Below, piece after piece: positions 1 through 9,410 of a stretch of DNA of 64,000 nt. The notes under the pieces were generated by a model that worked only from the letters and a program-made list of their open reading frames with translations, did not search any database and had not been told where the DNA came from. A program made the translations under genes and the position numbers. The stretch comes from a virus. The stretch is from the IMG/VR virus record IMGVR_UViG_3300036466_000585, positions 1 through 64,000 of that record. One strand, 5' to 3'. Every line of letters begins with the position of its first letter. The stretch's first letter is position 1.

Positions 1-1242
1 ATGCCGCTCACCGACAGCTGGCTGAAGGCCAACCACGGCAAGGCCGTAGACAGGATACAGACGCGGAGCGACCAGAACGGGCTGGGAGTCAGGGTCTCCA
101 AGAAGGGCAAGCTGACCTTCTACGTTCGGTACTGGCTCAACGGCAAGCAGAACCGCATCGATATCGGCTCCTACCCGCTCAAGAGCCTCAAGGCGGCCAG
201 GGCAGAGGCTGAGGACATCCGGCGCATGGTCGAGGATGGCCAAGACCCGAAGCTCGCCAAGGAGCTCGAGCGACTGTCACAGGCTGAGGCGCCCAGCGTC
301 GAACAGCTATTCAACGAGTGGTACGAGAAATACTGCATCAAGCACAAATCCAATGCCCACCTGATCAAGCGCAGCTTCGAGATTCACCTGTTCCCCGAGA
401 TTGGGCACCTGCCGGCCGATCAGCTGGAGCTGCGCCACTGGATGGAGCAGTTCGAGCGCGTGCAGGCCGGGGCGCCCTCGATTGCCGAGCGCCTGGTCAT
501 CAACTCCAAGCAGATGCTGAAGTGGGGGGTGAGGCGTCAACGGGTGCCGACGAACGTGATCGCGCATGTCGGCACTCGCACCGACCTCCACATCAAGAAG
601 AACATCGGGAAGCGGGTTCTGAACAGGGCGGAGGTGAGCCTGGTCTGGGAGGTTCTGGATCGCTCCCGCATGACGCGCAAAAATGCACTCTTTGTCATGC
701 TGTGCCTGGCCTTTGGGTGCCGCACCGGCGAGCTCCGGTTGAGCGACAAGGTGCATTGGGATCTGGATAAGGGGGTGTGGACGGTTCCGCCCGAGAATCA
801 CAAAACAGGGAAGGTGACGGGGCTGCCGATCGTCAGGCCGATCATTGAGCCCGTGAAGGAGCTGGTGAGGGAGGCCATGCAGCTTTCGGCATCGCCTACG
901 GAGGGGCCGCTGTTCAACAACAGGGATAGCAGGGAAAGGATCAGCCGTAGTTCGCTGTTGCCGCTGCCCTACAACATAATGCAGTGGCTGCGCCGGCACC
1001 GTAAGGTCGAAATGGAGCACTGGTCCATGCACGACCTCCGGCGCACGGTGCGAACCAACCTGTCGGACCTCACGGCACCGCATATCGCCGAGAAGATGCT
1101 GGGGCACACGATGCCTGGTCAGTGGCGGGTTTACGATCACTACGACTACCTGGTCGAGCAGAAGGAGGCCTACCAGGCTTGGTGGGAGAGGTTGCAGCAG
1201 ATGGTGGCGGCCGATCAGGCCGCTTCCAGCGACGCCTCGTAG
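1..1242 (+). CDS. int: Tyrosine integrase with N-terminal arm-binding domain
   Basis: N-terminal 'GLGVRVSKKGKLTFYVRY...RIDIGSYP' arm-binding motif; catalytic motifs GCRTGE, HDLRRT, LGH and Y(DHY). Confidence 0.95.
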   Translation: MPLTDSWLKANHGKAVDRIQTRSDQNGLGVRVSKKGKLTFYVRYWLNGKQNRIDIGSYPLKSLKAARAEAEDIRRMVEDGQDPKLAKELERLSQAEAPSVEQLFNEWYEKYCIKHKSNAHLIKRSFEIHLFPEIGHLPADQLELRHWMEQFERVQAGAPSIAERLVINSKQMLKWGVRRQRVPTNVIAHVGTRTDLHIKKNIGKRVLNRAEVSLVWEVLDRSRMTRKNALFVMLCLAFGCRTGELRLSDKVHWDLDKGVWTVPPENHKTGKVTGLPIVRPIIEPVKELVREAMQLSASPTEGPLFNNRDSRERISRSSLLPLPYNIMQWLRRHRKVEMEHWSMHDLRRTVRTNLSDLTAPHIAEKMLGHTMPGQWRVYDHYDYLVEQKEAYQAWWERLQQMVAADQAASSDAS

Positions 1243-1403
1243 GCTTCGATGTCGTCGATTGCCCAGCGATTGAGGCCCGCCTTGCCACTGATGCGTGGCG
1301 CCGGCAGGGGGTTCTCCTTGCGCTTCATCCACCGATAGAGGGTGGTGCGTTCGACCTTGTAGCGCTCACACAGGTCTTTGGTGGTCAGATAGCCTTTGAC
1401 CAT
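1215..1403 (-). CDS. Excisionase / AlpA-like HTH protein (62 aa)
   Basis: MVKGYLTTKDLCERYKVERTTLYRWMK...LPAPR...RW motif; convergent with int, with a 28-bp 3' overlap. Start trimmed from ORF 1215..1535. Confidence 0.85.
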   Translation of the reverse strand: MVKGYLTTKDLCERYKVERTTLYRWMKRKENPLPAPRISGKAGLNRWAIDDIEAYEASLEAA

Positions 1404-1419
1404 GAGTATTTCGCCTCCA

Positions 1420-1710
1420 TCAGTCACTTTGCGGCACTGGAATAGGGCCGGCCCACTCCAGGGGCGCCCATCCCGGTAGCATCTCGTGGTTGGTGAAGCG
1501 CGGGCTGGCGGTGGACTCCAGCACCTCCTTTCCACCCACGCTAACCACGGTCACGAAATTCTCCAGCGGGTCGACGCGGGTGGAGACCGATACCTCGGCG
1601 ATCACCGGCCGGTTGAAGTTCCAGCCGCGCGCCCAGTAGTGGGCCACGCCTCCCGCGGCCACGACCTCCTCCAGGGTGGGCGGCTTCGGCCGCCATACAA
1701 AGCTAGGCAT
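1420..1710 (-). CDS. Hypothetical phage protein (96 aa)
   Basis: ATG at 1710 with upstream GAGGAG; overlaps the stop of the upstream gene. Confidence 0.6.
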   Translation of the reverse strand: MPSFVWRPKPPTLEEVVAAGGVAHYWARGWNFNRPVIAEVSVSTRVDPLENFVTVVSVGGKEVLESTASPRFTNHEMLPGWAPLEWAGPIPVPQSD

Positions 1711-1963
1711 CGCTCTCCTCCTCGACGTCCTCGCGCATCGGCTCGGCGGCGCCGCCCGGGCGCCCCTCCTTGACGATGATCTCGCCGCCGGAATAGCGGA
1801 CCAGTACCGAGTCCTCGCCGGCAATCTTGGCCAGCAGGCCGAATATCTCGCCGACGCGCCCCATGTCCATATCGCTGAACCGGGCGCCCTCGATGCTCAG
1901 GGTAAGCACGGCACGGCCCGAAAGGTCGGGCACGTCCTTCTCCTCGCAGAACTTGACCATCAT
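1703..1963 (-). CDS. Hypothetical phage protein (86 aa)
   Basis: ATGA coupling with the upstream gene; GAGGA RBS. Confidence 0.6.
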   Translation of the reverse strand: MMVKFCEEKDVPDLSGRAVLTLSIEGARFSDMDMGRVGEIFGLLAKIAGEDSVLVRYSGGEIIVKEGRPGGAAEPMREDVEEESDA

Positions 1964-3312
1964 GCTTCCTCGCTTTGCCGGTTGTGCTCGATGGCCTTGG
2001 TCCGGTCGGCAGTTCGCCAGTCCGGCCAGTCGCGCCCTTCGTTCCTGGTGAGCTTCGCGTCCAGCCCAGCCGCCACCTGCTCGGCGGAATGGCCGGCACG
2101 CCAAGCGCCATCCAGGGCGAGCAATACGACGTCGACCCACTCCTCGAGGTCGCGCGGGGCGGCCTCGATCTCCTTCAACTCCTTGCGGATATGGTCGACC
2201 ACGCCGGCCTGGCGGTCTCCGGGCCCAAAGGCGCGAGTCGAGAACGCCATCTGGCGCTTCATGTGGGCCACCAGGTCGTAGCCGGACGTGTCGCCGCCGC
2301 TGGTGGCCGCCCACGCCTTGGCGGCGTCGCTGACCACCGGCTGCACCTTGTAGTTGCACACGTACTCGAAGTCGCCCCAGTGGTAGCCTTCGGGGTCGCA
2401 ACCGTCTTCATCCAGTTGACTCTCGTCCGGACGGTCGACGCGATCTACCTGACTGCTGATCTGAGTGGTGCGGCCGACGAACACCTGATCGACTTGCTCA
2501 TCCCAGCCGGTGTCGCCATCCAGCCAGCTGTCGATGAAGTCGGTGGCCTGCTCGACGGCCTCGGCCTCGGTACCGAAGGCCATCAGGCCCTGATCGGGAC
2601 AGTAGGCGAACCACGGCTTGTCGTCGGTGACGTACCAGGGCGGCGCCTCACCGGTCTGCCTCGGGGCCGCGCGATCGAGGCTGGTGCGTCCGCCAAGGGC
2701 GTGGATCATGGCGGCGAAGTTGAGCACGTCCACCGGGTCGCCCTTGGCGATGTGGTTGACCAGCATGCTGTTCAGGCGGGGGATGCTGCAGGTCTCCCAG
2801 CCGCCCCGGCCTTCGCCTCGCTTGTCGGCGAGCTTCTTGCGCATGGCCAGCGCCGCGGCTTCCACCATGGCGTCGTCGGGGTGCAGTTCGTGGGGCGTCA
2901 GCGCCTCCTGCAGCACGTCGATATACCACTCCAGGTACTTGTACTCGTAGACCTCGCCGCCCAGGTCGGCGCGCTCCTCCCACATATCGGGTGCGCAGGC
3001 GAAGTCGATGGCTTCCTCCATGCGCCGGCTGCGCTCGACGAGGGTGTCCAGCGCTTCCAGAATCTGCTCATCCTTGCCCTGGTGGGGCTCGCCGGCCACG
3101 CCTAGGTGCTCCGCGACCATGCCCAGCATCCGGGCCCGGTCCTCGGCATAGTCGGTAGCGGCCGCCAGCTTCTCCTCGGCGAGCATCAGGTCGCGGGTGT
3201 TCATCACGTGGCCGTGGGGCGACACGTTGGCCAGGCGCTCGTTCTCCGCCTTGAGCCGTGCGTTCTCCTGCTCGACCGCTTGAAGCCGCTGTATCAGCGC
3301 CGTCTCGCTCAT
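1960..3312 (-). CDS. Multidomain early protein with C-terminal DUF550 (dATP/dGTP pyrophosphohydrolase-like) domain
   Basis: C-terminal 'RQMAFSTRAFGPG...VVDHIRKELKEI...EEWVDVVLLALDGAWRAG...KLTRNEGRDWPDWR' matches the recalled DUF550 pattern. Confidence 0.75.
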   Translation of the reverse strand: MSETALIQRLQAVEQENARLKAENERLANVSPHGHVMNTRDLMLAEEKLAAATDYAEDRARMLGMVAEHLGVAGEPHQGKDEQILEALDTLVERSRRMEEAIDFACAPDMWEERADLGGEVYEYKYLEWYIDVLQEALTPHELHPDDAMVEAAALAMRKKLADKRGEGRGGWETCSIPRLNSMLVNHIAKGDPVDVLNFAAMIHALGGRTSLDRAAPRQTGEAPPWYVTDDKPWFAYCPDQGLMAFGTEAEAVEQATDFIDSWLDGDTGWDEQVDQVFVGRTTQISSQVDRVDRPDESQLDEDGCDPEGYHWGDFEYVCNYKVQPVVSDAAKAWAATSGGDTSGYDLVAHMKRQMAFSTRAFGPGDRQAGVVDHIRKELKEIEAAPRDLEEWVDVVLLALDGAWRAGHSAEQVAAGLDAKLTRNEGRDWPDWRTADRTKAIEHNRQSEEA

Positions 3313-4079
3313 GATTGACTCTCCTCGAAGACTTGAAGGGGGATGCCCACGGTGGCGAGCTCCATGCCCGCCCGGGCGCGCAGGTTCTCGATGACGTCGG
3401 CGTCGACGTCCATGTCGCGGTATTCGCGGGACAGCTCCAGCAGCAGGGTGGCCTTTGCCTTTGCGGCCTCCGTGGCGTCCGGCTGTTGGCTGCCGGCCTG
3501 CTCCCGGGCCAGGCTCATGGCCGGGTAGCCGCGCAGCGCCTCGGCAGCGGCATCGTGGATATCCAGCAGCGGTTGCCGCAGAGTGTCGGCCGGGCCGATG
3601 TCCGAGCGCTCTGCCATACGCTCGGCCACGCGGGCAGCCTCTACGCCGGCGGCAAAGAGCTCCGACCGGAGCTCACGGCAGTGGGCCTTCAGGGCGGTGA
3701 CCTCTTGGGCCACCGGGTTCTTCGGGCACTGGCGATCGTGCTCCAACAGCAGCTGGTGGGCGGCCTCCATGTCGTCGACCTTGCGCGTGTCGTAGATGAT
3801 GGCCTCGCCGCAGTAGATGCACGACGCCGCGTGGTTGCCTTCGGCATCGCGCAACCGTCTAAGCAGGCCCAGCACCACCTTGGGGTTGGTGGCGGCCACG
3901 AAGGCCTCGTTGGCCTCGGCATTGGGGCGGCTGGTGTGGTCGGAGTAACGGGCGTGGACAATGCAGGGTCCGCGCGTGCTCTCGTCGTCGGGGTAGATGC
4001 CGCCGTATCGGCCGCGCACCCAAGGACCTGGCGTGGCCGCCTTGGCGGCGGCCTCCAACGCTTCGATATCGATGGTCAT
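3309..4079 (-). CDS. Ead/Ea22-like protein (256 aa)
   Basis: 'LEAAAKAATPGPW...ANEAFVAATNPKVVLGLL' motif; ATG at 4079 with GGAG RBS. Confidence 0.75.
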   Translation of the reverse strand: MTIDIEALEAAAKAATPGPWVRGRYGGIYPDDESTRGPCIVHARYSDHTSRPNAEANEAFVAATNPKVVLGLLRRLRDAEGNHAASCIYCGEAIIYDTRKVDDMEAAHQLLLEHDRQCPKNPVAQEVTALKAHCRELRSELFAAGVEAARVAERMAERSDIGPADTLRQPLLDIHDAAAEALRGYPAMSLAREQAGSQQPDATEAAKAKATLLLELSREYRDMDVDADVIENLRARAGMELATVGIPLQVFEESQS

Positions 4080-4099
4080 GATGTTCTCCGGGGGGGCTG

Positions 4100-4327
4100 C
4101 TAGAGAGAGTGGCTGTGGGTATCGGCGGCGGCGCCTATCAGGCAGCGCCGGCACAGGCAGGTATCGGCTCCGGTCTCCGGATTGGTATCGCGCTCTACGT
4201 ACATGCACCAGCACAGCGATGCGCTGTGCCCGGCTTCCATCGCGCAGTAGGCTGGACCGCCGCACTTCGGGCAGTCGTGCGTACTGACCTGTTCGCGCAC
4301 CTTGGTGAGGGTGGCTGCGTGAGTCAT
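4100..4327 (-). CDS. Cysteine-rich CWC family protein
   Basis: CPKCG...C...CWC...CLCRRCL. Confidence 0.7.
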   Translation of the reverse strand: MTHAATLTKVREQVSTHDCPKCGGPAYCAMEAGHSASLCWCMYVERDTNPETGADTCLCRRCLIGAAADTHSHSL

Positions 4328-4962
4328 GGCGCCGCCTTAGCCTTTTGGCGAAGGCTCTCGGCATCCCTGTCCATGTCGCAGCACAACTCCCGGATCATCT
4401 GCAAACTGATCGGCGGCCAGCTGGGGTCCTCGGCATGCTTGGCGGAGACCCATTCCATGAGCTGGATGATCGTCGCTGACCACTTGTCGATAGCGGCAGC
4501 CTGCTGTTCCGCGTCTCGGCTGGCGAGGCTGACAGCGGGATCCTCCTCCAAGGCTTTTTTCATTGCCGGGAGGGCCTTTTCAGCCTCGTTCCACGCCTGT
4601 CCGTCATCCCCTTCCAGCATGTCTTCAAGGCGATAGATGGCCGACTGGAGCTGCTTATTAAGCCGTTCCGACTGCGTAACCAGGGCGTCCCTCTGCTCGG
4701 CTCGGCAATTTGCCAGCCTCTGCAGCGCGTCACGATCCGCCTTGAGCTCCGCCACCAACGAAAGCGCCGGGCCTGTTGGCACCGCGTCGCCTTCCTCCAC
4801 CAGGGCGGCCTTCAGGGCAGTCAGCTCCTCGCAAGCGCTGTGGAAGCAGCCACGCAGCTGGTCACGGTCCTGCTCCGCCTCTACCAGTCGGCGAGCCAGC
4901 TCATAGGCCGACGCAGTGTCGGCCAGTTGCTGGGCTCTCTCGTGAAGGTCGAAGTTGGTCAC
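4324..4962 (-). CDS. Hypothetical coiled-coil protein
   Basis: ORF overlaps both neighbours by 4 bp in the operon. Confidence 0.6.
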   Translation of the reverse strand: MTNFDLHERAQQLADTASAYELARRLVEAEQDRDQLRGCFHSACEELTALKAALVEEGDAVPTGPALSLVAELKADRDALQRLANCRAEQRDALVTQSERLNKQLQSAIYRLEDMLEGDDGQAWNEAEKALPAMKKALEEDPAVSLASRDAEQQAAAIDKWSATIIQLMEWVSAKHAEDPSWPPISLQMIRELCCDMDRDAESLRQKAKAAP

Positions 4963-5720
4963 CGGCCACCTGCCTTTCGCGCGGCGCGCGCGATCTTCTG
5001 GATGGTGGCCGGGCCGATGCCCTTGATGCCGGCGAGCGCCTTGCGCTTGGACTCGGTGTTGATCTCGCTCAGCAGCTCGTAGCCGGCGTCCTCGAGCTGG
5101 TTGACGACACGGCCCGGCAAGTCGAGGTCTTCGATGCGCTGGCAGCCGTTCTCTTTGCGCCAGTGGCCGGCCAGGCGGTGGATGGCGCCCTTGATGAAGT
5201 GCTTGTGCTCGCCGGCCATGATGCCGTCGATCAGCCCGCAGAAGATCATGCGGTGTTTCTCCGCCTGGTCGAGCGGCTTGCTGCTGACCATGTACCAGCG
5301 GTCGGGCTCGTGGATGTGCACCTGGTTGAAGGCCAGTTGCACGATCACGGCGCCGTCCTCGCTCTTGATCGTGGCGTGCGGCCCCGGATCCTCGCCGGCC
5401 TTCTCGGCGGGCGCCTTCTCCTTGCGGGCCAGCTCGGCCTCCAGCTGCTGGACGCGCTGCCGGGCTTGATGGCGGACTTGAGTCAGCTCCTTCTTGCCGG
5501 CCGCCTTCTCGGCGGCCAGGCGGTCGGCGCGTTCGCGCTGCTGGTCGGCGTCGGCCTTGGCCTTGTCCCGGCTGGCGGTCGCGCGCTCGGCGAGACGCTG
5601 GGCGGCCAGCAGCTCCTCGCGGAGCTCCTGGTTCTCCAAGGCCAGGCGGATGGCCTCGTCGTAGGGGTCGAGCGAGACACGCGCGGGCGCGCCCTCGCTG
5701 GCGTGGGCGTATGCGTTCAT
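4959..5720 (-). CDS. Coiled-coil protein with C-terminal RNAP alpha-CTD-like / HhH domain
   Basis: C-terminal 'IEDLDLPGRVVNQLEDAGY...LAGIKGIGPATIQKI'; ATG at 5720 with GGAG RBS. Confidence 0.6.
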   Translation of the reverse strand: MNAYAHASEGAPARVSLDPYDEAIRLALENQELREELLAAQRLAERATASRDKAKADADQQRERADRLAAEKAAGKKELTQVRHQARQRVQQLEAELARKEKAPAEKAGEDPGPHATIKSEDGAVIVQLAFNQVHIHEPDRWYMVSSKPLDQAEKHRMIFCGLIDGIMAGEHKHFIKGAIHRLAGHWRKENGCQRIEDLDLPGRVVNQLEDAGYELLSEINTESKRKALAGIKGIGPATIQKIARAARKAGGR

Positions 5721-5748
5721 CGTGGGCTCCATCGGTGGTGGGCGGACG

Positions 5749-6018
5749 TCAGGCGCGATGGCTGGCCAGCTGCCGGCGAAGCTCGTGGTTGTCCTCGCAG
5801 ACGGCGACCACGGCTTCCAGGAAGGTGGCGGGCTTCTTGAACATGCCGGAGCGCCGAATGACCTCATCCAGGTGGCGGCGCGCCTCGTCTTGATCCTCGA
5901 GCTGGTCGGCCAGGCTCACCTTGTCGTCTTCCAGCTCCTGGTTGCGCTGCAGGACCTGCTCGCAGAACGGGCAGTCCGTCGCCGTGACCGGGGTAGGGGT
6001 GTGGGCCAGTGATGTCAT
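5749..6018 (-). CDS. Hypothetical protein (CPFC plus coiled coil)
   Basis: ATGA coupling with rdgC. Confidence 0.6.
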   Translation of the reverse strand: MTSLAHTPTPVTATDCPFCEQVLQRNQELEDDKVSLADQLEDQDEARRHLDEVIRRSGMFKKPATFLEAVVAVCEDNHELRRQLASHRA

Positions 6019-7172
6019 GCCGCCTCCTTGAGCACTTTGCGGGAACCGCTGTTGTCCATGGGGGAAACCACGCCCTGGCGCTCCAGGTCCTCGATGAGGC
6101 GCGCCGCGCGGTTGTAGCCAATCTTGAAGTGCCGCTGTACGGCCGATATCGACGCTCGCCGGCTCTCGATCACGAAGCCGCGCACCTCGCCCAGCAGCGG
6201 GTCGGGCTCGTCGGTACCGGGCGAGGCGGGCGTCGGTGCCGCCTCCTCCATGCTCTTGAGCTCGGGCACGGCCTCGCCACCCAGGCCGACCAGCAGCAGC
6301 CTGATGACGTCGCGCAGGGCGTTGGCCATCAGGATGAAGTCGGTTTCCATCCGAATGATGGCGTCGTCGCCATCGTCGGCCTGGCTGGCCTCGTCCAGCA
6401 GGGCGTCGGAGAAGCGCAGGCCCTTGAGCGTCAGGCCGTCGGTCAGCGTCAGCGATACGCGCTCGTCGAGTGTGATGCTCAGCTGGGCGGCCTGGCGGCC
6501 GGACTCCAGCAGCCGCTGCATGTCGTCGGTGTCGAGGTCGACATGCTTGGCCGTCACCTTGCCGTCGTCGCCTTGCTCACGGAGCTGCACGCTGTCGCCG
6601 ACCTCCAGCCAGGACGGGCGAAGGCTCGGGTCTTGCAGCCAGTGCGTCATGACTCTCATGGGCAGGGAGTGAGTAGCGACCGGCACCACCTTCAGGCTGC
6701 CCAGCGTGGCGCGCAGCAAGTCCAGTGCCTCCTCGGCACGCTTCGCCGACGAGGTGTTGACCGCGATCATGCCGCCGGCCATGTCCCACCAGAGGTCGAC
6801 CCGATGGCTGCGCACGAAGGCGCGGGGCAGGAACTCCTCGTAGACCTGCTCCTTGATGCTCATCTTCTCCGCGCGCGGTACCGGGCCGCCGCGAACGGTC
6901 TCGATCTCCTCGCAGCGGGCCTCCACCTCCTCCTTCACCACGGACGAGGGCAGGATTCGCTCCTGGCGCTGCATGGTCAGCAGGAACTGACCCTGAATGG
7001 CATGGACCAGGGTCTCGCTCTTGCGGCCGGCTGGTGGCACCCAGCCCAGATGCTTGGCTTCTTGGCCGCCCATGTCGCGGGTGGCGAAGCGGCCCATGGC
7101 TTCGGCCAGGGCTTCAACGGCGATGCTGCCGGCGGCGGGCAGGCGATACAGACGAAGGTTTCTGAACCACAT
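6015..7172 (-). CDS. rdgC: Recombination-associated protein RdgC fused to a C-terminal FtsK-gamma domain
   Basis: N-terminal [11 protein letters not shown] and GWVPP; C-terminal 'DPLL...[31 protein letters not shown]' FtsK-gamma motif. Confidence 0.9.
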   Translation of the reverse strand: MWFRNLRLYRLPAAGSIAVEALAEAMGRFATRDMGGQEAKHLGWVPPAGRKSETLVHAIQGQFLLTMQRQERILPSSVVKEEVEARCEEIETVRGGPVPRAEKMSIKEQVYEEFLPRAFVRSHRVDLWWDMAGGMIAVNTSSAKRAEEALDLLRATLGSLKVVPVATHSLPMRVMTHWLQDPSLRPSWLEVGDSVQLREQGDDGKVTAKHVDLDTDDMQRLLESGRQAAQLSITLDERVSLTLTDGLTLKGLRFSDALLDEASQADDGDDAIIRMETDFILMANALRDVIRLLLVGLGGEAVPELKSMEEAAPTPASPGTDEPDPLLGEVRGFVIESRRASISAVQRHFKIGYNRAARLIEDLERQGVVSPMDNSGSRKVLKEAA

Positions 7173-7200
7173 GGTGATTCTCCAGGTTGAAAGGGCCGCC

Positions 7201-8898
7201 TCAGTGGGCGGCCTTGGGGTCGGGTTTCTCGGGGCGGTGGAGTGATAGGCCGGCGGCGACTTGGCGAACCCATATCGGGGTGCTGCCCAGGGCGAACGTC
7301 TCGCCGCTCCACGCCAACAGCAGGGTGGTGCCCATGACGCCGGCGATGGCCTCGGCAGCCGGCGCTGGCACTGCGTTTCCAATTCTTTCCCTCCAAGCGC
7401 TATCGTTCAGCCCCTCCAGCTCCAGGTGCTCACAGGGATCGACGAGGCCTTGCAGCGCTGCGAGCTCGAGCGTCGTGAAGGGCCGGTGCCAGCAGCCGTC
7501 CAGCGACCTGATCACGGCCACCAGCTTGTCGTTGGGCTCGGGCAGGCGCGGGTCGGCCACCGACCAGCTGCCGTTGTCGTGGCCCGCCGATGCCGAGACG
7601 GCGCCGCATGGGGCGCGCCAGGGCACGACGCCGTAGTGTCCGGCGGTGAGGTAGTGGTCACCCTTGCCGCGGCTCAGGCCGGGCCGTGGGTCGGCGACGG
7701 CATAGGCGCCCTGCCCGGTGGTGCTGCCGGATATGACGGTGCCGCTGTGCTCCTCCCAGCGGGTGACCATGTACTTGCCGAACGACGGCCCTGCCCGGCG
7801 AGGATCCGCGACGGCGAAAGCGCCTTGCCCGGGCGACTGCTGGCCGGTCACGGCTCCGGTGGGTCCATCCCAGCGGCGGACGCCGTAGGCCTGGCCATCC
7901 TTCCACTTGGCCGACTGGTTGAAGCGGGGGTCGGCGACGCTGAAGGCGCCATTGGTCGGCGTGCTCCGGCCGGCCACGGTGCCCATCGGCTCGCTCCAGT
8001 GGTTCACGCCTATGTAGCCCGACCGGTATTCGGGTACCAGCAGGTAGTCCTTGAGGAAGCCGTCTTCGACTGCCAGCCGGTTGAGCGACCGCCAGTCGCC
8101 GCCGGCCTCCACGAAGGCGAGCCTGACCCACGTCTTCCATTGCAGGCGCGGGATGCGGTGCATGGCCCCGGCCAGCTCGTCGCCGGGCAGCGGCATGTCA
8201 CCCAGCACGTCGCCAACCGCGCGCAGCGGGCGGCAAACCGGCTCGTAGAGGAAGGGCGGCACCTTCTCGGCATGCCTGGCGACCAGCAGGAAGCGCTTGC
8301 GTGACTGCGCCAGGCCGCCTATCTCGCCGCAGTCGTGCGTGGTTTCCGCGACGTGGTAGCCGTAGTGCTCGAGCATGGCCACGATGCGATCGAGCAGCGG
8401 CCTCCCCCTGGTGGCGATCCTCGGCACGTTCTCGAAGATGATCAGCTCCGGCGGGTCGTCGGCGAACGCTTCCAAGGTCAGCCACATGCCGCGAAGTGTC
8501 AGGCGGTTGAGCGCCTGGTACCGGGGCGTGGTGCTGCGCGACTGCGACAGCAGGCCGCTGAAGCCCTTACAAGGCGCGCTCAGGAAGACGATGTTCGGCG
8601 CCTCGCCGCCGGCTGCCGCCTGAATGTCGGCGGGCGTGGCCTCTCGCCAGCCAGCGGGAGGCTCCACGCCGTGGAAAGTGCGGTACTGGTCGCGATCGAA
8701 CATGTCGAGCACGGTGCCCGGGGCGCCGGCCAGGCGCTGGAAGTCGGCGATGGCGGCGGCATCGACGTCGACGCCGCCGATGCAGCGGAAGCGCGCCTCC
8801 ATGTTGCCGACGCGCGCGTGCCCGCGGTTGAAGCCCTTGGCGCCGCCGCCCAGCCCGCAGAACAGGTGGAAGTGCCGAATCTCGCGCTGCTCAATCAT
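7201..8898 (-). CDS. C5 DNA cytosine methyltransferase
   Basis: Motif I LFCGLGG, catalytic APCKGFS, ENV, QSRKR and motif X IGNAV. Confidence 0.9.
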   Translation of the reverse strand: MIEQREIRHFHLFCGLGGGAKGFNRGHARVGNMEARFRCIGGVDVDAAAIADFQRLAGAPGTVLDMFDRDQYRTFHGVEPPAGWREATPADIQAAAGGEAPNIVFLSAPCKGFSGLLSQSRSTTPRYQALNRLTLRGMWLTLEAFADDPPELIIFENVPRIATRGRPLLDRIVAMLEHYGYHVAETTHDCGEIGGLAQSRKRFLLVARHAEKVPPFLYEPVCRPLRAVGDVLGDMPLPGDELAGAMHRIPRLQWKTWVRLAFVEAGGDWRSLNRLAVEDGFLKDYLLVPEYRSGYIGVNHWSEPMGTVAGRSTPTNGAFSVADPRFNQSAKWKDGQAYGVRRWDGPTGAVTGQQSPGQGAFAVADPRRAGPSFGKYMVTRWEEHSGTVISGSTTGQGAYAVADPRPGLSRGKGDHYLTAGHYGVVPWRAPCGAVSASAGHDNGSWSVADPRLPEPNDKLVAVIRSLDGCWHRPFTTLELAALQGLVDPCEHLELEGLNDSAWRERIGNAVPAPAAEAIAGVMGTTLLLAWSGETFALGSTPIWVRQVAAGLSLHRPEKPDPKAAH

Positions 8899-9094
8899 GC
8901 GTGCCGCCCTCCAGGTTGGCCTTGATCCACTCCAGTTCGCCGGCGTGGCCGGCGTCCTGAAGCACGACGCGCCCCTCGGGGTCGCGGATGATGCGGTGAT
9001 GGCCGCCGCTCCCGCGGCGCGGGATGCGCTCGACCTGGTAGCCGTGCCGCGCCCACTTGGCGTTCGGTGAATCGGGGTGCGGCTGGCCGGTCAT
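8891..9094 (-). CDS. Hypothetical protein (67 aa)
   Basis: Overlaps both neighbours in the operon. Confidence 0.55.
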   Translation of the reverse strand: MTGQPHPDSPNAKWARHGYQVERIPRRGSGGHHRIIRDPEGRVVLQDAGHAGELEWIKANLEGGTHD

Positions 9095-9183
9095 GACAGC
9101 CAGGCCTCGAGCTGCTGGGCGGCGAGGGCATTGGCTTGGGCGGCCTGGTGCCAGGCCTCAAAAACGGTGTCGATGTCGTGCAT
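9091..9183 (-). CDS. Small protein MHDIDTVFEAWHQAAQANALAAQQLEAWLS (30 aa; not in ORF track)
   Basis: GAGGAG RBS; stop overlaps the next ATG (ATGA). Confidence 0.5.
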   Translation of the reverse strand: MHDIDTVFEAWHQAAQANALAAQQLEAWLS

Positions 9184-9201
9184 GTCGGTCTCCTCGAGCA
9201 T

Positions 9202-9229
9202 GAAAAAGGCCACCTCGGTGGGGTGGCCT
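9202..9229 (-). terminator. Rho-independent terminator
   Basis: AGGCCACC-7nt-GGTGGCCT followed by a T run on the minus strand. Confidence 0.75.
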
Positions 9230-9230
9230 A

Positions 9231-9410
9231 TCAGAAGTGGTTGAGCCGCCTGGCGCGTCGTCGCGCGCGGCGCTTGGCGGCGTGCCGCTGGTGAGCCTTC
9301 ACGCTGCCGTACTTGGGCTTACGGGGCGCCTCGTGGCGAGGTATCGGGATGCCGGCCCATGTCCGGGCCTTGGTGCCGAGCATGGCGGCGATGCTGGTCA
9401 GTAGATTCAA
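9231..9410 (-). CDS. Small basic Arg-rich protein (59 aa; not in ORF track)
   Basis: TTG start overlapping the upstream stop, GGAGG RBS; ends ...HQRHAAKRRARRRARRLNHF. Confidence 0.5.
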   Translation of the reverse strand: MNLLTSIAAMLGTKARTWAGIPIPRHEAPRKPKYGSVKAHQRHAAKRRARRRARRLNHF

